Part shown: positions 24,812 to 37,285 of the stretch, one piece after another
Layout of the letters: each line of letters opens with the position of its first letter
How positions within the stretch are numbered: position 1 is the stretch's first letter
Source of the DNA: Octopus sinensis
Taxonomy: Eukaryota
DNA length: 64,000 nucleotides
NCBI RefSeq assembly: GCF_006345805.1
Contig: NC_042999.1
Coordinates: 167,462,001-167,526,000, forward strand
Direction of reading: 5' to 3'
The notes under the pieces: model-generated
Seen by the model: the letters and a program-made list of their open reading frames with translations, nothing else
What the model was told of the DNA's origin: nothing
Database searches by the model: none
Made by a program: the position numbers and the translations under genes

Positions 24812-24854
24812 CCACCTGAAGATTGTCGATCAAGACAAGAAACAATTGTAGTGG
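24812..24854 (+). ncRNA. Type I hammerhead ribozyme in the Naiad pLTR; predicted cleavage after 24850
   Basis: CCAC-CTGAAGA-TTGTC-gatcaa-GACAA-GAAA-caattg-TA-GTGG: stems I and II perfect, palindromic stem III. Confidence 0.88.
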
Positions 24855-25027
24855 CGGTTTTTTTGACTATTTATTAAAATTTTATGTATTGATTAAGTCT
24901 TTCCTTGTTTGTTTTGCAAAATAGTGGTTTTGTCTCTAATATTTTATAATATTTTACTATAAAATTGGATTTAATCCTAAATCTGATTTTTTCCCTGTAA
25001 ATTTGGATTTATTCCCTAATATTTATT

Positions 25028-25099
<72 letters not shown>

Positions 25100-25353
25100 G
25101 GGAGTTTGAGGGGCTGAGAGAAGGACGGTGCGATGGAGTAAAGTAAAGAAAAACAGAAAGAGAGAGTGTGTGTGTCTATGTATTTATAGAGGAAATATAG
25201 AGCGAGAAAAAGGTAAAAAAGTAGAAGAGAGATTAAGAGTTTGTGAGAAGAATTATGGAATGATAGAGTGAAGTAAAGAAATAGAGAGACAGTGTCTACA
25301 TATTTAGAGAGGGGCAATAGTGAAAGGGGAAATGACGGTATGATGGAGAGAGC

Positions 25354-25424
<71 letters not shown>

Positions 25425-26222
25425 ATGCAAACTCTTGAAAAGGATTCTACTTGGAAAGGGAAAAATAAATAAAGGAACAAATAAATATATATCTGTGTGT
25501 AACTATGAAAATTCTCTTAACTCGGGAGTAATGAAAGTCAAACCTCTCTACGATAAACAAAAATCTCGTTAGACAAAAGCGAAACAGAGAAAAAAGACCT
25601 TATGTAAATTATGTAAATTTAACCTTCTACTTTCCCCTAATATTTGTCTTCAATAAATGACAGAAAATACACAGATACTTATCTAGTTTTTCCAAAGAGA
25701 TGGGTATTTCCGAGGCAATGGAAGATTTTGAACTTCTTTTCAAGTTATAGTGATACCATGTGCTGCTCAATGCGAGACATTGTTTACGTTTTGTATATTC
25801 GTAAAGGCTTTTACTTTTTTTGTTTTCCTTTCTATATATTCCAGATGGTTTTTCTCTAAATTTGTCTTGTTACGTTTTCACTCAAAAAGTTATTCAGATG
25901 ATGATTTTTTTCCCCTATAGAAAATCGCAGATATTTTAGAAATTTCGTAAAATCCGCGTTTTGTTATTTGCAATGTATATAATTCCTACATTCGCAAAAG
26001 ATTCTTCCTGCTTAATATATTTCACTTTATATTTCCTCAAGTCAATACTTTGTCATTCAGGAAGACATTCAAGGCTTTCTTGGTTTTTATTTATAATAGC
26101 CTTCGCAGTTTTTCAGAAATTACTTTCGCGATTTTCCAGGAGCTTAGAAAAACACGTGTTGATCAGAGGCCGCCATATTTATATTCGTATATATGTGTAT
26201 AAATATATATGTATATAAGTAG

Positions 26223-26264
<42 letters not shown>

Positions 26265-26265
26265 T

Positions 26266-26299
<34 letters not shown>

Positions 26300-26328
26300 C
26301 ACAAATATATATTTATATACACATATAT

Positions 26329-26361
<33 letters not shown>

Positions 26362-26384
26362 CTACACATATATACATATCACGT

Positions 26385-27530
26385 GATCACGTGACCGACC
26401 AGACCATCAGATGTTGCTACACATTTATACACATATATACACATATATATACACCTGTATATATACATATATACATACATATATATATATACATATATAC
26501 ATATACATGCATATATATGTACATACACACACATATATATACATAAATACATATATACCTATATATATACACATATACATAAATACACATGCATATATAC
26601 TTAAGCGATAAGGAATTATGTACATTATTTAATTTGACGGATATTTGTCCTAATCTAGTTTGTTGTTAACACAACGCGTCAGGTGTCTTGGGCAAATTTC
26701 GATCATGGTTACTCATTCCTAATATAAGTTTCGATGTTATTATTATTACCATTATTATCATTATTCAGGTCACTGCTTGGAAGCGAACTCAGAATCTTGG
26801 GTTTAGTATCCACTACACTATATACACAAGGGCAATTATGTAGAGAATTTTAAGCTTATAAATCTAATATTTTTGCTATCCTTCTTAATACCGGTTCCCA
26901 TATCTGCACTTGGACCGCTTTGGAGGTTATTGTATCCTAGCATATGTGCTGCTTCTTTTAGTTTTCGTATTTTCCAGTGGTCTTCTCTGTCTATTATTTT
27001 AACTTCTTCCCACAGGATGAGGTGGTCTCCATTTTTCCATACATGATCAGCTATACCCGATTTATCAATATCTCCTCGTGTCACAGGTTTGCGAAGTTCG
27101 CCTACTCTTATTTTGAGGGGTAGGCATGTTTGACCTTTGCTTCACCTTTGTATAACCTACCACAGCTGCATGGGATGGAGTACACACTTAATAGATTGTT
27201 ACTGAGCTTGATCTTTACTTCGTGGTGTCATGATCGTTAGCTCTATTCCCTGCACGAGGATTTAGGTACAGAGCAATCCCTCTCTTTACACTGTATGGAT
27301 GGTGGGAATTGAACATGAGATATCGTACAGTGAAGGTCGGTTTGCGGTTTACGGATGTCCTCAATTCATACTAGGTGCGTGTTATTAATAAGTCCAGGAA
27401 AGCTAGCTAAATCGCGTCTCCCTTTTCCATTGTGAGCTGTATGGATGGCTGTATTGACATCACATGATCTAGCAGTACTTGGGCATCATCCTGGTGGAGC
27501 CAGAGTATAAAGGCATCATCAACATATCGC
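26385..27530 (-). mobile_element. Truncated, internally deleted Penelope-like element, Poseidon-like
   Basis: [16 protein letters not shown]; VYSIPCSCGRLYKGE; KSGIADHVWKNGDH..IIDRE..RKLKEA. The pLTR hammerhead position (~26672-26685) has its stem II deleted. Confidence 0.85.
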
Positions 27531-27621
27531 AACATGTATATATCTATACCTATATTTTTATATAAGAATATATATGTATATATAAATATATACATATGCA
27601 TATTTATATATACATACATAC

Positions 27622-27695
<74 letters not shown>

Positions 27696-27704
<9 letters not shown>

Positions 27705-28021
27705 ATATTAGGGAATAAATCCAATTTACAGGGAAAAAATCAGATTTAGGATTAAATCCAATTTTATAGTAAAATATTATAAAATATTATTAGAGACAAA
27801 ACCACTATTTTGCAAAACAAACAAGGAAAGACTTAATCACATAAAATTTTAATAAAAAGTCAAAATTAAAATTTTATGTATTGATTAAGTCTTTCCTTGT
27901 TTGTTTTCCAAAATAGTGGTTTTGTCTCTAATAATATTTTATAATATTTTACTATAAAATTGGATTTAATCCTAAATCTGATTTTTTCCCTGTAAATTTG
28001 GATTTATTCCCTAATATTTAT

Positions 28022-28026
<5 letters not shown>
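27696..28026. mobile_element. ~330-bp palindrome built from two opposed Naiad pLTR 3' ends
   Basis: Each arm matches ~24860-25025; flanked by (TA)n. Confidence 0.9.
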
Positions 28027-28073
<47 letters not shown>

Positions 28074-28269
28074 ACATATATATACATATATATATGCATA
28101 TGTATATATGTATATAATATATGCAAATATATATCCATATATATATACATCTGTATATATATATTTATATATATGTAATGTATGCATTTATATATGCATA
28201 TATATATATTCATATATATATAAATGTATATATATCATTGTATATATATAAGCATATATATATATATCA

Positions 28270-28312
<43 letters not shown>

Positions 28313-28444
28313 TATAGATGTATATATATGCGTATATATACATATATGGATATATACATACATGCTTATATATATATATATATATCAATATATATATATA
28401 TATATACGAAAATATATATATACATATATGAATATATACTCTTT

Positions 28445-28755
28445 TACTCTTTTACTTATTTCAGTTATTTGACAGCGGCCATGCTAGAGCACCGCCTTTA
28501 GTCGAGCAAATTACCCCATGGCTTATTCTTTGTACGCTTGTTACTTATTCTATCGATCTCTAATGCCGAACCGCTAGATTACGGGGACGTAAACACCTCA
28601 GCATCGGTTGTCAAGCGCTGTTGGGGGGACAAACAGAGACGCATAAACATATGCACACACATAATTGTATATACGCATATATACGCCGGGCTTCTTTCAG
28701 TTTCCGTCTACCAAATCCACTCACAAGGCCTTGGTCGCCCCGAGACTATAGTATA
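28445..28755 (-). mobile_element. SINE family A, head-truncated
   Basis: Homologous to 44857-45287. Confidence 0.85.
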
Positions 28756-28831
28756 CATATGCATATATACATACATAGGAACTGGACATTTTTCTTAAAC
28801 AACGAAAAAATAGAGTACAGGACAAATAACA

Positions 28832-28917
28832 AATTCCCCTTCTTCAGTCGCCATGGTTTCATCTACTCTGCGTTTCGAAGGTGTAGATGAAACCATGGCG
28901 ACTGAAGAAGGGGAATT
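28832..28917. repeat. Perfect 35-bp inverted repeat with a hammerhead 3' half in the spacer (PLE end)
   Basis: Arms 28832-28866 and 28883-28917; minus strand reads ccttc-GAAA-cgcagag-TA-gatg. Confidence 0.75.
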
Positions 28918-29637
28918 CTTGGTTTTGTGTTTATGTTTTCGTTTCTCATTGTGTTTGACGTTTTTTTGGTGTCCTGTACCCATATATGCATGTATATATA
29001 CATGTAGAGGTAGGTACGTACATATATGTATATATATATATGCATATGTTTTATTTATTAATTTGTTATTACACAACAGAACGCACGCATCCATTTCTAA
29101 GTAAGTTTGTTCTTAATATTAATACTGATGCGCACTCTTAACCTTTCAGTCCCCCCTTTCTCAGCCTTCTTTCTTTCTGGTTCCCTTTCTTCTACCTTAC
29201 TGTCTCTCCATCCCGCTCTCTCATTCTTCATCCTTTCTGGTTTTCTCTACAACAATTCCTCTTTTTTCTCTCCCCTTCCCTTTCTCTTACTTCTCCTCCC
29301 CTGTCCCGTCGCTGGTCAGCGATGAGGAAACTAGTCTTTTCTGACCTTGCTTCGCCCGAGTGTAGACGGCATTTTCTGTGGCTCCTTCACCGTTCTCAAA
29401 AATAGCGTTCGTAACATTTTATCTCGTTCGGCTTAACATCCCTTCTTGTCTGTGTTACTGTTATTCTCCTTCTATGTATATATGCATATGTTTTATTTAT
29501 CAGTTTGTTATTACTAAGTGTAGTAGTAGCTTTTAATTGTGAGGCAAATATATGAAGAATTAAGAATTAAGGAAATAGCAGTGTTAATTATTCTGAGAAA
29601 ATATTTATGTGACGATGTATATACATGTATATATATG

Positions 29638-29710
<73 letters not shown>

Positions 29711-31046
29711 ATGTATGTATGTATGTATGTATGTATGTATGTATGTATGTATAAATAAGTATGTGTGTATGCATTTGTGTCTGTGTTTGTTCCCCCACCA
29801 TCGCTTGACAATCTAGTAAAGGAGAGTTCTATAAGTAAACTACACATTTTATAAAGAATTTCGAATAAAAATGAATCCGTGCTAAGTATTAAAAAGATGC
29901 TGTTCTCGTTTGAATTTCTAAAGCTGAAGGCTATTTTAAACTAAGGTGTTTCATATCTTACGTTAGTTAGAAAAGAATAAATTATTTGTCATGGCCAGTA
30001 AAATTTAGGCATATACGTTGCCTGACCCACGAGAAAAGTTTATGATTTAACGCTTGCATAGCAAAGATAACATTTTCGACTAAACTCTAATAAAACAAGA
30101 AAATGTTCTTCTGTTTTAGAATTATGAAGATATGACCGCGAACACATTTCTTTCTTTCATTTACCGGTGTTTGTCAAGCACCTGTTTCATAATCTCAAAA
30201 AGAACCAGCTAAGTTTTGTTAAATAGACTTTAAGGAAAGGGTTTTAAATTTCATATCATTTCTTCTCTTAAAATCGGAGGTGATGCCCACATAAGAAAAA
30301 CATATCTTTCATCTTATCTCAAGAGATGATTCTCTTATCTCTTGCTTAAACAAGCATGCATAGTTCTTAATTTCTGAGCGAGTGGGGAGACCCAAAATTA
30401 TAAAAACCGATTGAAGTTGTTAGAAATTGAAAATATTTCTAAATTCCTGTACAACGTGAAACATCGCAGATCGTAAAATTACATACTGGATGTATAGTAA
30501 TATTACGATAACGTTGTTTAGATAGCGGCAGAGGTGTTATGTGAAGATATGATACATAATACAAATATGATTTGAGCATGTTTAGATTTTTTTGCTGTTC
30601 ACAAGCTTCTTTATGTTAAGATTAAATCTCAGTTACGTTCTCAGGCGTTGAAAAAAGAGAACTTGCACCTAAGGTTTATACCAGAATCAACTATACTATA
30701 ACGTTCAGTACATATTCAATTTTATCAGATAGTATTTCTGAAACAATGTTTAATTTGTTATTCATAAGAAAGATATAACATTCCTGCAAAGAAAAAGTTA
30801 TACTAAAATAAGTAAATAGAAACATTTTTATCAATGCTGACTACCATATCTTAAAAAAGTATCAAATTCTTCACAGTCTGTTGAGGAAGAGAAAGCGACA
30901 ACTAGGAAATCACTGTCAGATTCTTTCCTTGTAAAACTAAATAAATATGTGCCGAAAAGTATTGAGTAGTTCTGCAGATTAGTGTTAAATTGTTTTTATA
31001 CCTAACTTGAAACATGATCAAACAATTCACACACACACACACACAC

Positions 31047-31105
<59 letters not shown>

Positions 31106-31471
31106 ATAATAATATTATGGAGTAAATCCAAACTTACAGGGAAAAATTAGATTTAGGATTAAATCAAATTTCACAGTATAAATATAAATTATATTAGAGA
31201 TAAAACCACTATTAGGCAAATAAAACAGTGAAAAACATAAACCAAAACATAAAAATAAATATAATTAATATAATATACAAAAAAATATAAAATATTAAAT
31301 TTAAAATTAAATTATTTAAATTTAAATTTTTTTATTTATATTTATATATATAATTTTTTACATTTTAAAAATTTTTAATTTATAAAATTTTAAACTTTTA
31401 ATTTTTTAATATTTATATTTATTTATTTATTTACTTATTTTTTATTTATTTATTTATTTATTTTATATATA

Positions 31472-34400
31472 CATTATCAAGATGGCGCCGAACTAACAAG
31501 TCGTGTGTTAATGTGTCTCTCCTAAAGTTTAAAAAGACCTTCAAGATGTTATCAGAAGTGAATTTTGTCTGTAAAGCAAATATAAGTGAAAGTACGACAA
31601 GACACTGTATTTGAGAAGAATATTTTCGCTTTTGATATAGTATTTGCGACTAGAACATACCTCGCGAGCACATGTGTTGAAACCACGCGTGTTACTTCCT
31701 GAAGTCGAAGTGACTTTTGTCTGTGAAGCAACAACAAGACGTTATATTTTTGAGAAGGATATTTTCGCTTTTGGTGAGGTATATCTGCGTGTTTTGAAAA
31801 CATCTGAAAATTTGCTGCCTAATACCAAATTGCCTAAGAAAATATTGAAAATTTTTGCATCTACGAACATCGGAACTCTATTCTTTTCTTTTGTTTACAA
31901 AATACAAGTAAAGAATACAGGAATATCGAATGTCTGTCTTTTTATCTTTCTTTCTTCTAAAACAGTGAAGGTAAGTGTTCTCTCAGCCGGAAAGGTAAGG
32001 AAAAATATTATCTATTATTAGTGTTCTCTCAACCAGAAGATAAAAAACAAAAAAAAAACGAAAAAAAACCCCAAAAAACATTATTTATTATTATTATTAA
32101 TCGACGCCTAATAATACATAGATATAACCGCGATTATAGATATAAAAGATATAAAATACATGCTATCTGATTATCTGTGTAACCTGCCATACTCTCTCTA
32201 TCTCTTTCTTACAATTCCCCCCCTTAATCTGTCTCTCCATCCATCAGACCCTCTATTTTCGCTCTCTCTCCCCCTCTCTCTCTCTCTCTCTCTGCCATCG
32301 TTTCTCTTTCTGCATCTCTCAGATCAACTTTCTCACATCTCACTCCCTCTCTGTTCCTCTACTTCACTCATTCTCTCTTGTATCTCTATCCCGCCCTCTC
32401 TCTTTTTCTCTCTCTCCCTGTCTCTCTGTTACTCTCCCTCTCTCTCTGTTACCCTCCCTCTCTCTCTGTTACTCTCCCTCCCTCTCTCTGCCTCTCTTCT
32501 CTCCGCTCCTTCACAGGTCAAACCGCTTTCCCTCTTCTCCATCTGTCCCCTTATTTCTTTCTCTACACCACCCTCCCTGTCCCTTTACTACACTCTCTTG
32601 CACCTCTGTCGCGCCCCTCTTTCCCTCTCCCCTTTTTCTTCCTACCTTTCCTCTTTCTCTCTCCTTTCTCCACACCACCCTTTCTGTCCCTTTACTTCAC
32701 TTTCGGGTACCTCTATTCCGCCTCCTCTCTCTCCCTCTCCATTTTTCCCTCTCCGCCTTTCTGCTCCCCCTAAGATCCATCCCCTTGTCTCTCTTTTCCT
32801 CCCTGTCCCTTTACTTTCTCTCTACCACACCTCTATCCCGCTCACTCTCCCCCTGCTGACCTGCCATTCTTTCTCACTTCTCTCAGGACAATCCCCTCGT
32901 CTCTCTCTATGCCCCCTGGCTGATCTGCCACCAGCTTCTCTCCTTTCTCCTCTCTCTCTCAGGTCAACCATCTTATATTTCCTTCTCTCTCTGTTCCTAT
33001 ATTTCACTCTCACTGTATCTCGGGCGAAAATGTCAAGAAACTGGTCTGCGAGGGAGTTGTAATTGTTCGTCCGCGCCTAGAAAATAGCCGAGGGCGACTC
33101 GCCGAATAATATCATTGCAGCGGCGCTGAAGAGCAATGATTTTTCAAGGACAACCGCCCAGATAGAGCGAAAGAAACGATAATTTCTCCGTTCATATGCT
33201 CTAATCAGGCAACTTATGGACACTCTGGACATCATCCTAGGAAGTGACTGCACCAGGGAAGGCCAAAAGAATGAAGAAAACATCCAGGACCCAACAAAAG
33301 ACAAAACCGAGAAAATTGCAACCAAGGGAAACAACGGTACATGTCCAGCTCCCAACATAACTGAAGACCAAAGAGGTGCGATGGCCGCAAAATAAGAAAA
33401 GCACCCTAAAATTGATGGGAAACAGGAGGTAAAAGACAAGAAAATTAAAGCTAAAACAAACACTGTTCAGAAAAAACAAAAGAACCCCAGCAAAGGCAGA
33501 AACATCTGCAAATTCTACCTGAAGGGGGACTGCTGGTACGGCGTCGAAGGTGCGAACTGTCGCTTTGCACATCAGAAGCCCTACCAAAACCGCATGGAAA
33601 CGAGACAAAAATCCCTCCCTTGGGGAGAACAAAAAGATAAAAAAAAGAAAAATATAAAAGAAGGAAAAATAGCGCACTGACCACACCTGATAGACGATAT
33701 GCGGATGTGGTGCGCGGTAACCCAACAAATGGCCAGCTTCACCCAGATGTGAGAAGGGCAGCAGCTGAACAGCAATCTTTTTTGTGCATGGCACAAAAAT
33801 TGTTCAGCAGCTGACCTGGCTACAAACACAAAGCTGGAACTACCACCACATAAGCCACCACCAACAGATGCAGGATGGCCACCACAGACACTAACACACA
33901 CACCACAAAAATATTTCTACTGAACATAGGAGGGCTGCTGCGCGGCAACTGTAAAAGGAAAATCTCATTCCTGAGAGACCTTGTGACATGCAATCAAGCT
34001 ATATGCATGGCACTCACAGAAACGCATCTTGGACCGATATAGGGGATGCAGAAATACACATGCCGCAATATGCAGTCATACGCTCAGATAGAAAAGGGAG
34101 GAGCCATGGTGGAGTTGCAATGTACATCCGAGATGACCTCACGCCCCAGGTCCTGTTGTCATATTCAAACTCAGTGTGTGACACTCAAATTGTACACATA
34201 AGACAACTGAATATCGTGATATGCACTACATATCGCCCTCCAGATGCCCCAAAACACTCAAGCATGTTTGAAGACTGCCTAACAAAAGGAGGAGAAGTCC
34301 TCACCAACCTTGAACAACACAACAGTGTATTCATCATGGGTGACTTTAACTTCCCCAATGTGGAATGGCCTGGGGGGCAGATGCTCTCAGGGATGACACA

Positions 34401-36900
34401 CCATCAACAGGCAAATGCTTCTTTCATGGAGCAAATAGTTCTGCAACCAACAAGGGCAGATAATATACTGGATCTCTGCTTCACAAACAATATGGATATT
34501 ATCCATAATGTTAAAGTGATGCCGACAATGATCTCGGATCACAACATAATAGAGCTGTCTATGTATGGATCAAAATCCCCCGTAGACACACAGCCTATAC
34601 GAAGCATCCACCATCTCTCCAACTTAAACTTTCATAAAGCAAACTGGAAGTTGATTGAGAAAGAGATCCTCAAACAGGATTGGCCTAAATGTCTCTCCAC
34701 ACCGGACATTAACATGAAACACAAACACTTCATGTCCATAATACAAGCCATATGTGACAAATATGTCCCAGTGTGCAGGGCCAGTATACACAAAAACAAA
34801 AAAAGGATCCCTAGAGAAAGGAAGATTCTTATGAGACAAGGATTGCGAACCGCCTGAGCAAGCACACCAAAAGTGGTGAGAAGTCTCGGCTCGAGAGAAT
34901 GCTAATGGAAATTGAGTAAAGTCTGCATCAGTCCCATGAAAAGGAGAGAGCAGATAAAGAAGGTTGGGTAATAGAAAATATAAAATCAAACCCTAAAGCT
35001 TTCTTTAAGTTTGCCAAAGAGACAGCCACAGTGCACCAGAGAATAGGACCTCTCTTCCAAAAAGATGGCTCTCTCACAGGAAATCCAACGAGGATAAGTG
35101 AAATACTGAACGAACAATTCCAAAGTGTGTTCACTACACCTCTAGTACACAGGCAAGTAAACAACCCAGAAGAATTCTTTGCCACATTACCTGTGGCCAA
35201 AGAGGCAAAAATTTAGTACATCAACATTGAAGATGATGATATCACACTAGCCATAGATGAGATTGACACAAACTCAGCCGCTGGACCTGATGGATTTCCA
35301 TCGATCCTTTTCAAATCGTACAAACGAGCCCTTGCAAAACTGCTACAGCTTCTTTTTCAGAGCTCTCTTGCAAGTGGTAAGCTCCCAGTCAAATTGAAAG
35401 AGGGGGTAATATGCCCTATCCATAAGGGAGGTAGCAGAGCAGATGCTAAAAATTATAGGCCTATCTCTCTGACCTCACACATCAGCAAAGTCATGGAACG
35501 AATAGCCCGCAAGAAACTAATCATGTTCCTTGAAGAAAATAACTTGCTGTCTGACACCCAGCATGGATTTCGACCAGGTAGAAGCTGCCTAACACAGCTC
35601 CTGCAACACTATGACTGGGTGTTAAAACAGCTACTAAATGGCTCAAATGTGGATGTAATATATCTCGACTTTGCAAAAGCCCTTGATAAAGTCGACCACG
35701 GTATGATCTGTCACAAACTGCGTGGTCTCAGCATAGACGGAAAACATGGAGAGTGGCTGCACAACTTCCTAAAAGACAGAAGACAGGCAGTTGTGAGCAA
35801 TGGAGCCACCTCCAAGGAAACACAAATAACAAGCGGTGTTCCACAGGGCGCTGTCTTGGGGCCACTGCTGTTCATAGTGGCCCTTTCAGACATGCCTTCA
35901 GTTGCTACGATGACCACCCTTGCTAGCTATGTAGATGACACAAACGTCTCCCACACAATACAAGACCCTGAAAATATTGCGCATCTGCAACAGGAGTTGG
36001 ATACAAAATACAGGTGGGCTGAGGATAACAACATGCAGTTTAATGCAGGTAAGTTCCAGGCCCTGCGCTACCGGCACACAAAGGTAAACGACGTGCATAC
36101 TGGATACACTGGCCCAGGAAGAATTGCAATCCCTGAGTCAAAATCAGTGCGTGACCTGGGCATTGACATGAGCAGTGATGAATCTTTCCAAGTGCATATT
36201 ACTAATTTGGTGATAAAATGCAGACGGCTAGCTGGATGGATTCTCCGAACTTTCAGAACAAGAGAGAAGGAAACACTGATGGTCCTCTGGAAAACATTCG
36301 TCCTCAGCCGCTTGGACTACTGCTCCCAACTATGGTCACCACACAATATAAAACTAACAGCAGAACTCGAAGCAATTCAAACAAGCTACACAAAGAAAAT
36401 CGTCTCAATGCAAAATATCAGCTACTGGGAAAGACTGAAAGTATTAGACCTCTTCTCCCTAGAGCGGAGGCAGGAGAGATATGCAGTGATATACATCTGG
36501 AAAATCCTGGAGAGCATTCAAAGTTACTCCAACCGCAGAACGGGGCGCCACTGCATGGTGCCAAAGATTCCAACATCACCATCAAAATACAGGTCCAGAT
36601 ACTGCAACAGCTTGGGTTTCGGAGGACCACAGCTCTTTAAAATCCTCCCTAAATGCCTGAGAGACTTACATGGTGTGGATGTGGGTTTCTTTAAAACTAA
36701 ACTGGATCTTTTCTTGTTGGGGGTCCCAGATGAACCTACCTCACGACAGGAGACACAGATGCAGGCAGCAGCATCGAACTCCCTTGTTGATCAAGTGCCA
36801 CGTATCAAAGGTGGATTCACATATTAGTGTAGCTCATTCAGCGGTGGTGCCCCAGCATGGCCGCGGCCTTCGGGCTAAAACATTTTTAAGGATTTAAGGA
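31472..36900 (+). mobile_element. Full-length but decayed CR1-group LINE, copy D (5.4 kb) with 9-bp TSD TTATATATA
   Basis: TSD at 31463-31471 and 36901-36909; AAGATGGCG near the 5' end; ORF1 from 33030; ORF2 fragments 33988-36827 (YLDFAKALDKVDH, GVPQGAVLGP, YVDD); 3' hairpin and (TTTAAGGA) tail. Confidence 0.9.
33030..33680 (+). pseudogene. LINE ORF1 remnant: Myb/SANT-like N-terminus, Lys-rich linker, CCCH zinc finger
   Basis: A single frame from ATG 33030 to C-x7-C-x8-C-x3-H (33507-33572) with four stops; homologous reading in copy C. Confidence 0.75.
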
Positions 36901-37019
36901 TTATATATATAACTATCAAAAAGGTATTAAAAAGTTTAATATAATATAATAAGTAATAATAATAAGTATACTTATTATATTATATTAAACTTTTTAATAC
37001 CTTTTTGATAGTTATATAA

Positions 37020-37050
<31 letters not shown>

Positions 37051-37285
37051 TGAATATAAATATTTTAAAATTTCAATTTTAAAAAATATAAAAAAATATA
37101 AAAATTTATAAATATAAATATAAATTAAAAATTTTAAATTTAAATAATTTAATTTTAAATTTTATATTTTATATATTTTGTATATTATATTAATTATTTT
37201 TATTTTTATGTTTTGGTTTATGTTTTTCACTGTTTGATTTGCCTAATTGTGGTTTTATCTCTAATATAATTTATATATATATATA

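Larger units (their letters stand above)
19782..25025 (+). mobile_element. 5'-truncated AT-rich Penelope-like element, Naiad-like, with inverted pLTR copy at the 5' end and a ~3.5-kb 3' region
   Basis: VNYLDVNFNL..PYHKLNENLRYINVNSNHP; YYNEALRGAGY; KIWLIVPY; CTCRDKSNC; VYIGST..STGLSKYIW..CCYLC..CRH. 19782-19967 is the reverse complement of ~24765-24950. Confidence 0.88.
31118..37270. mobile_element. AT-rich fold-back element related to the Naiad pLTR end (arms 31118-31471 and 36901-37270), interrupted by LINE copy D
   Basis: taaatccaaacttacagggaaaaattagatttaggattaaat motif; 37021-37270 inverts ~31190-31470; central palindrome 36904-37018. Confidence 0.8.

Noticed and set aside
25640-26150. 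Protein-like minus-strand reading (KAIINKNQESLECLPE..KYKVKYIKQEE)
   Set aside because: Interrupted by stops and unassignable without a homology search.
32160-33029. 300-aa Ser/Leu/Pro ORF (also 12091-12624 and 16506-17372)
   Set aside because: Stop-free by composition (CT repeats); these are UTRs of retroelements.
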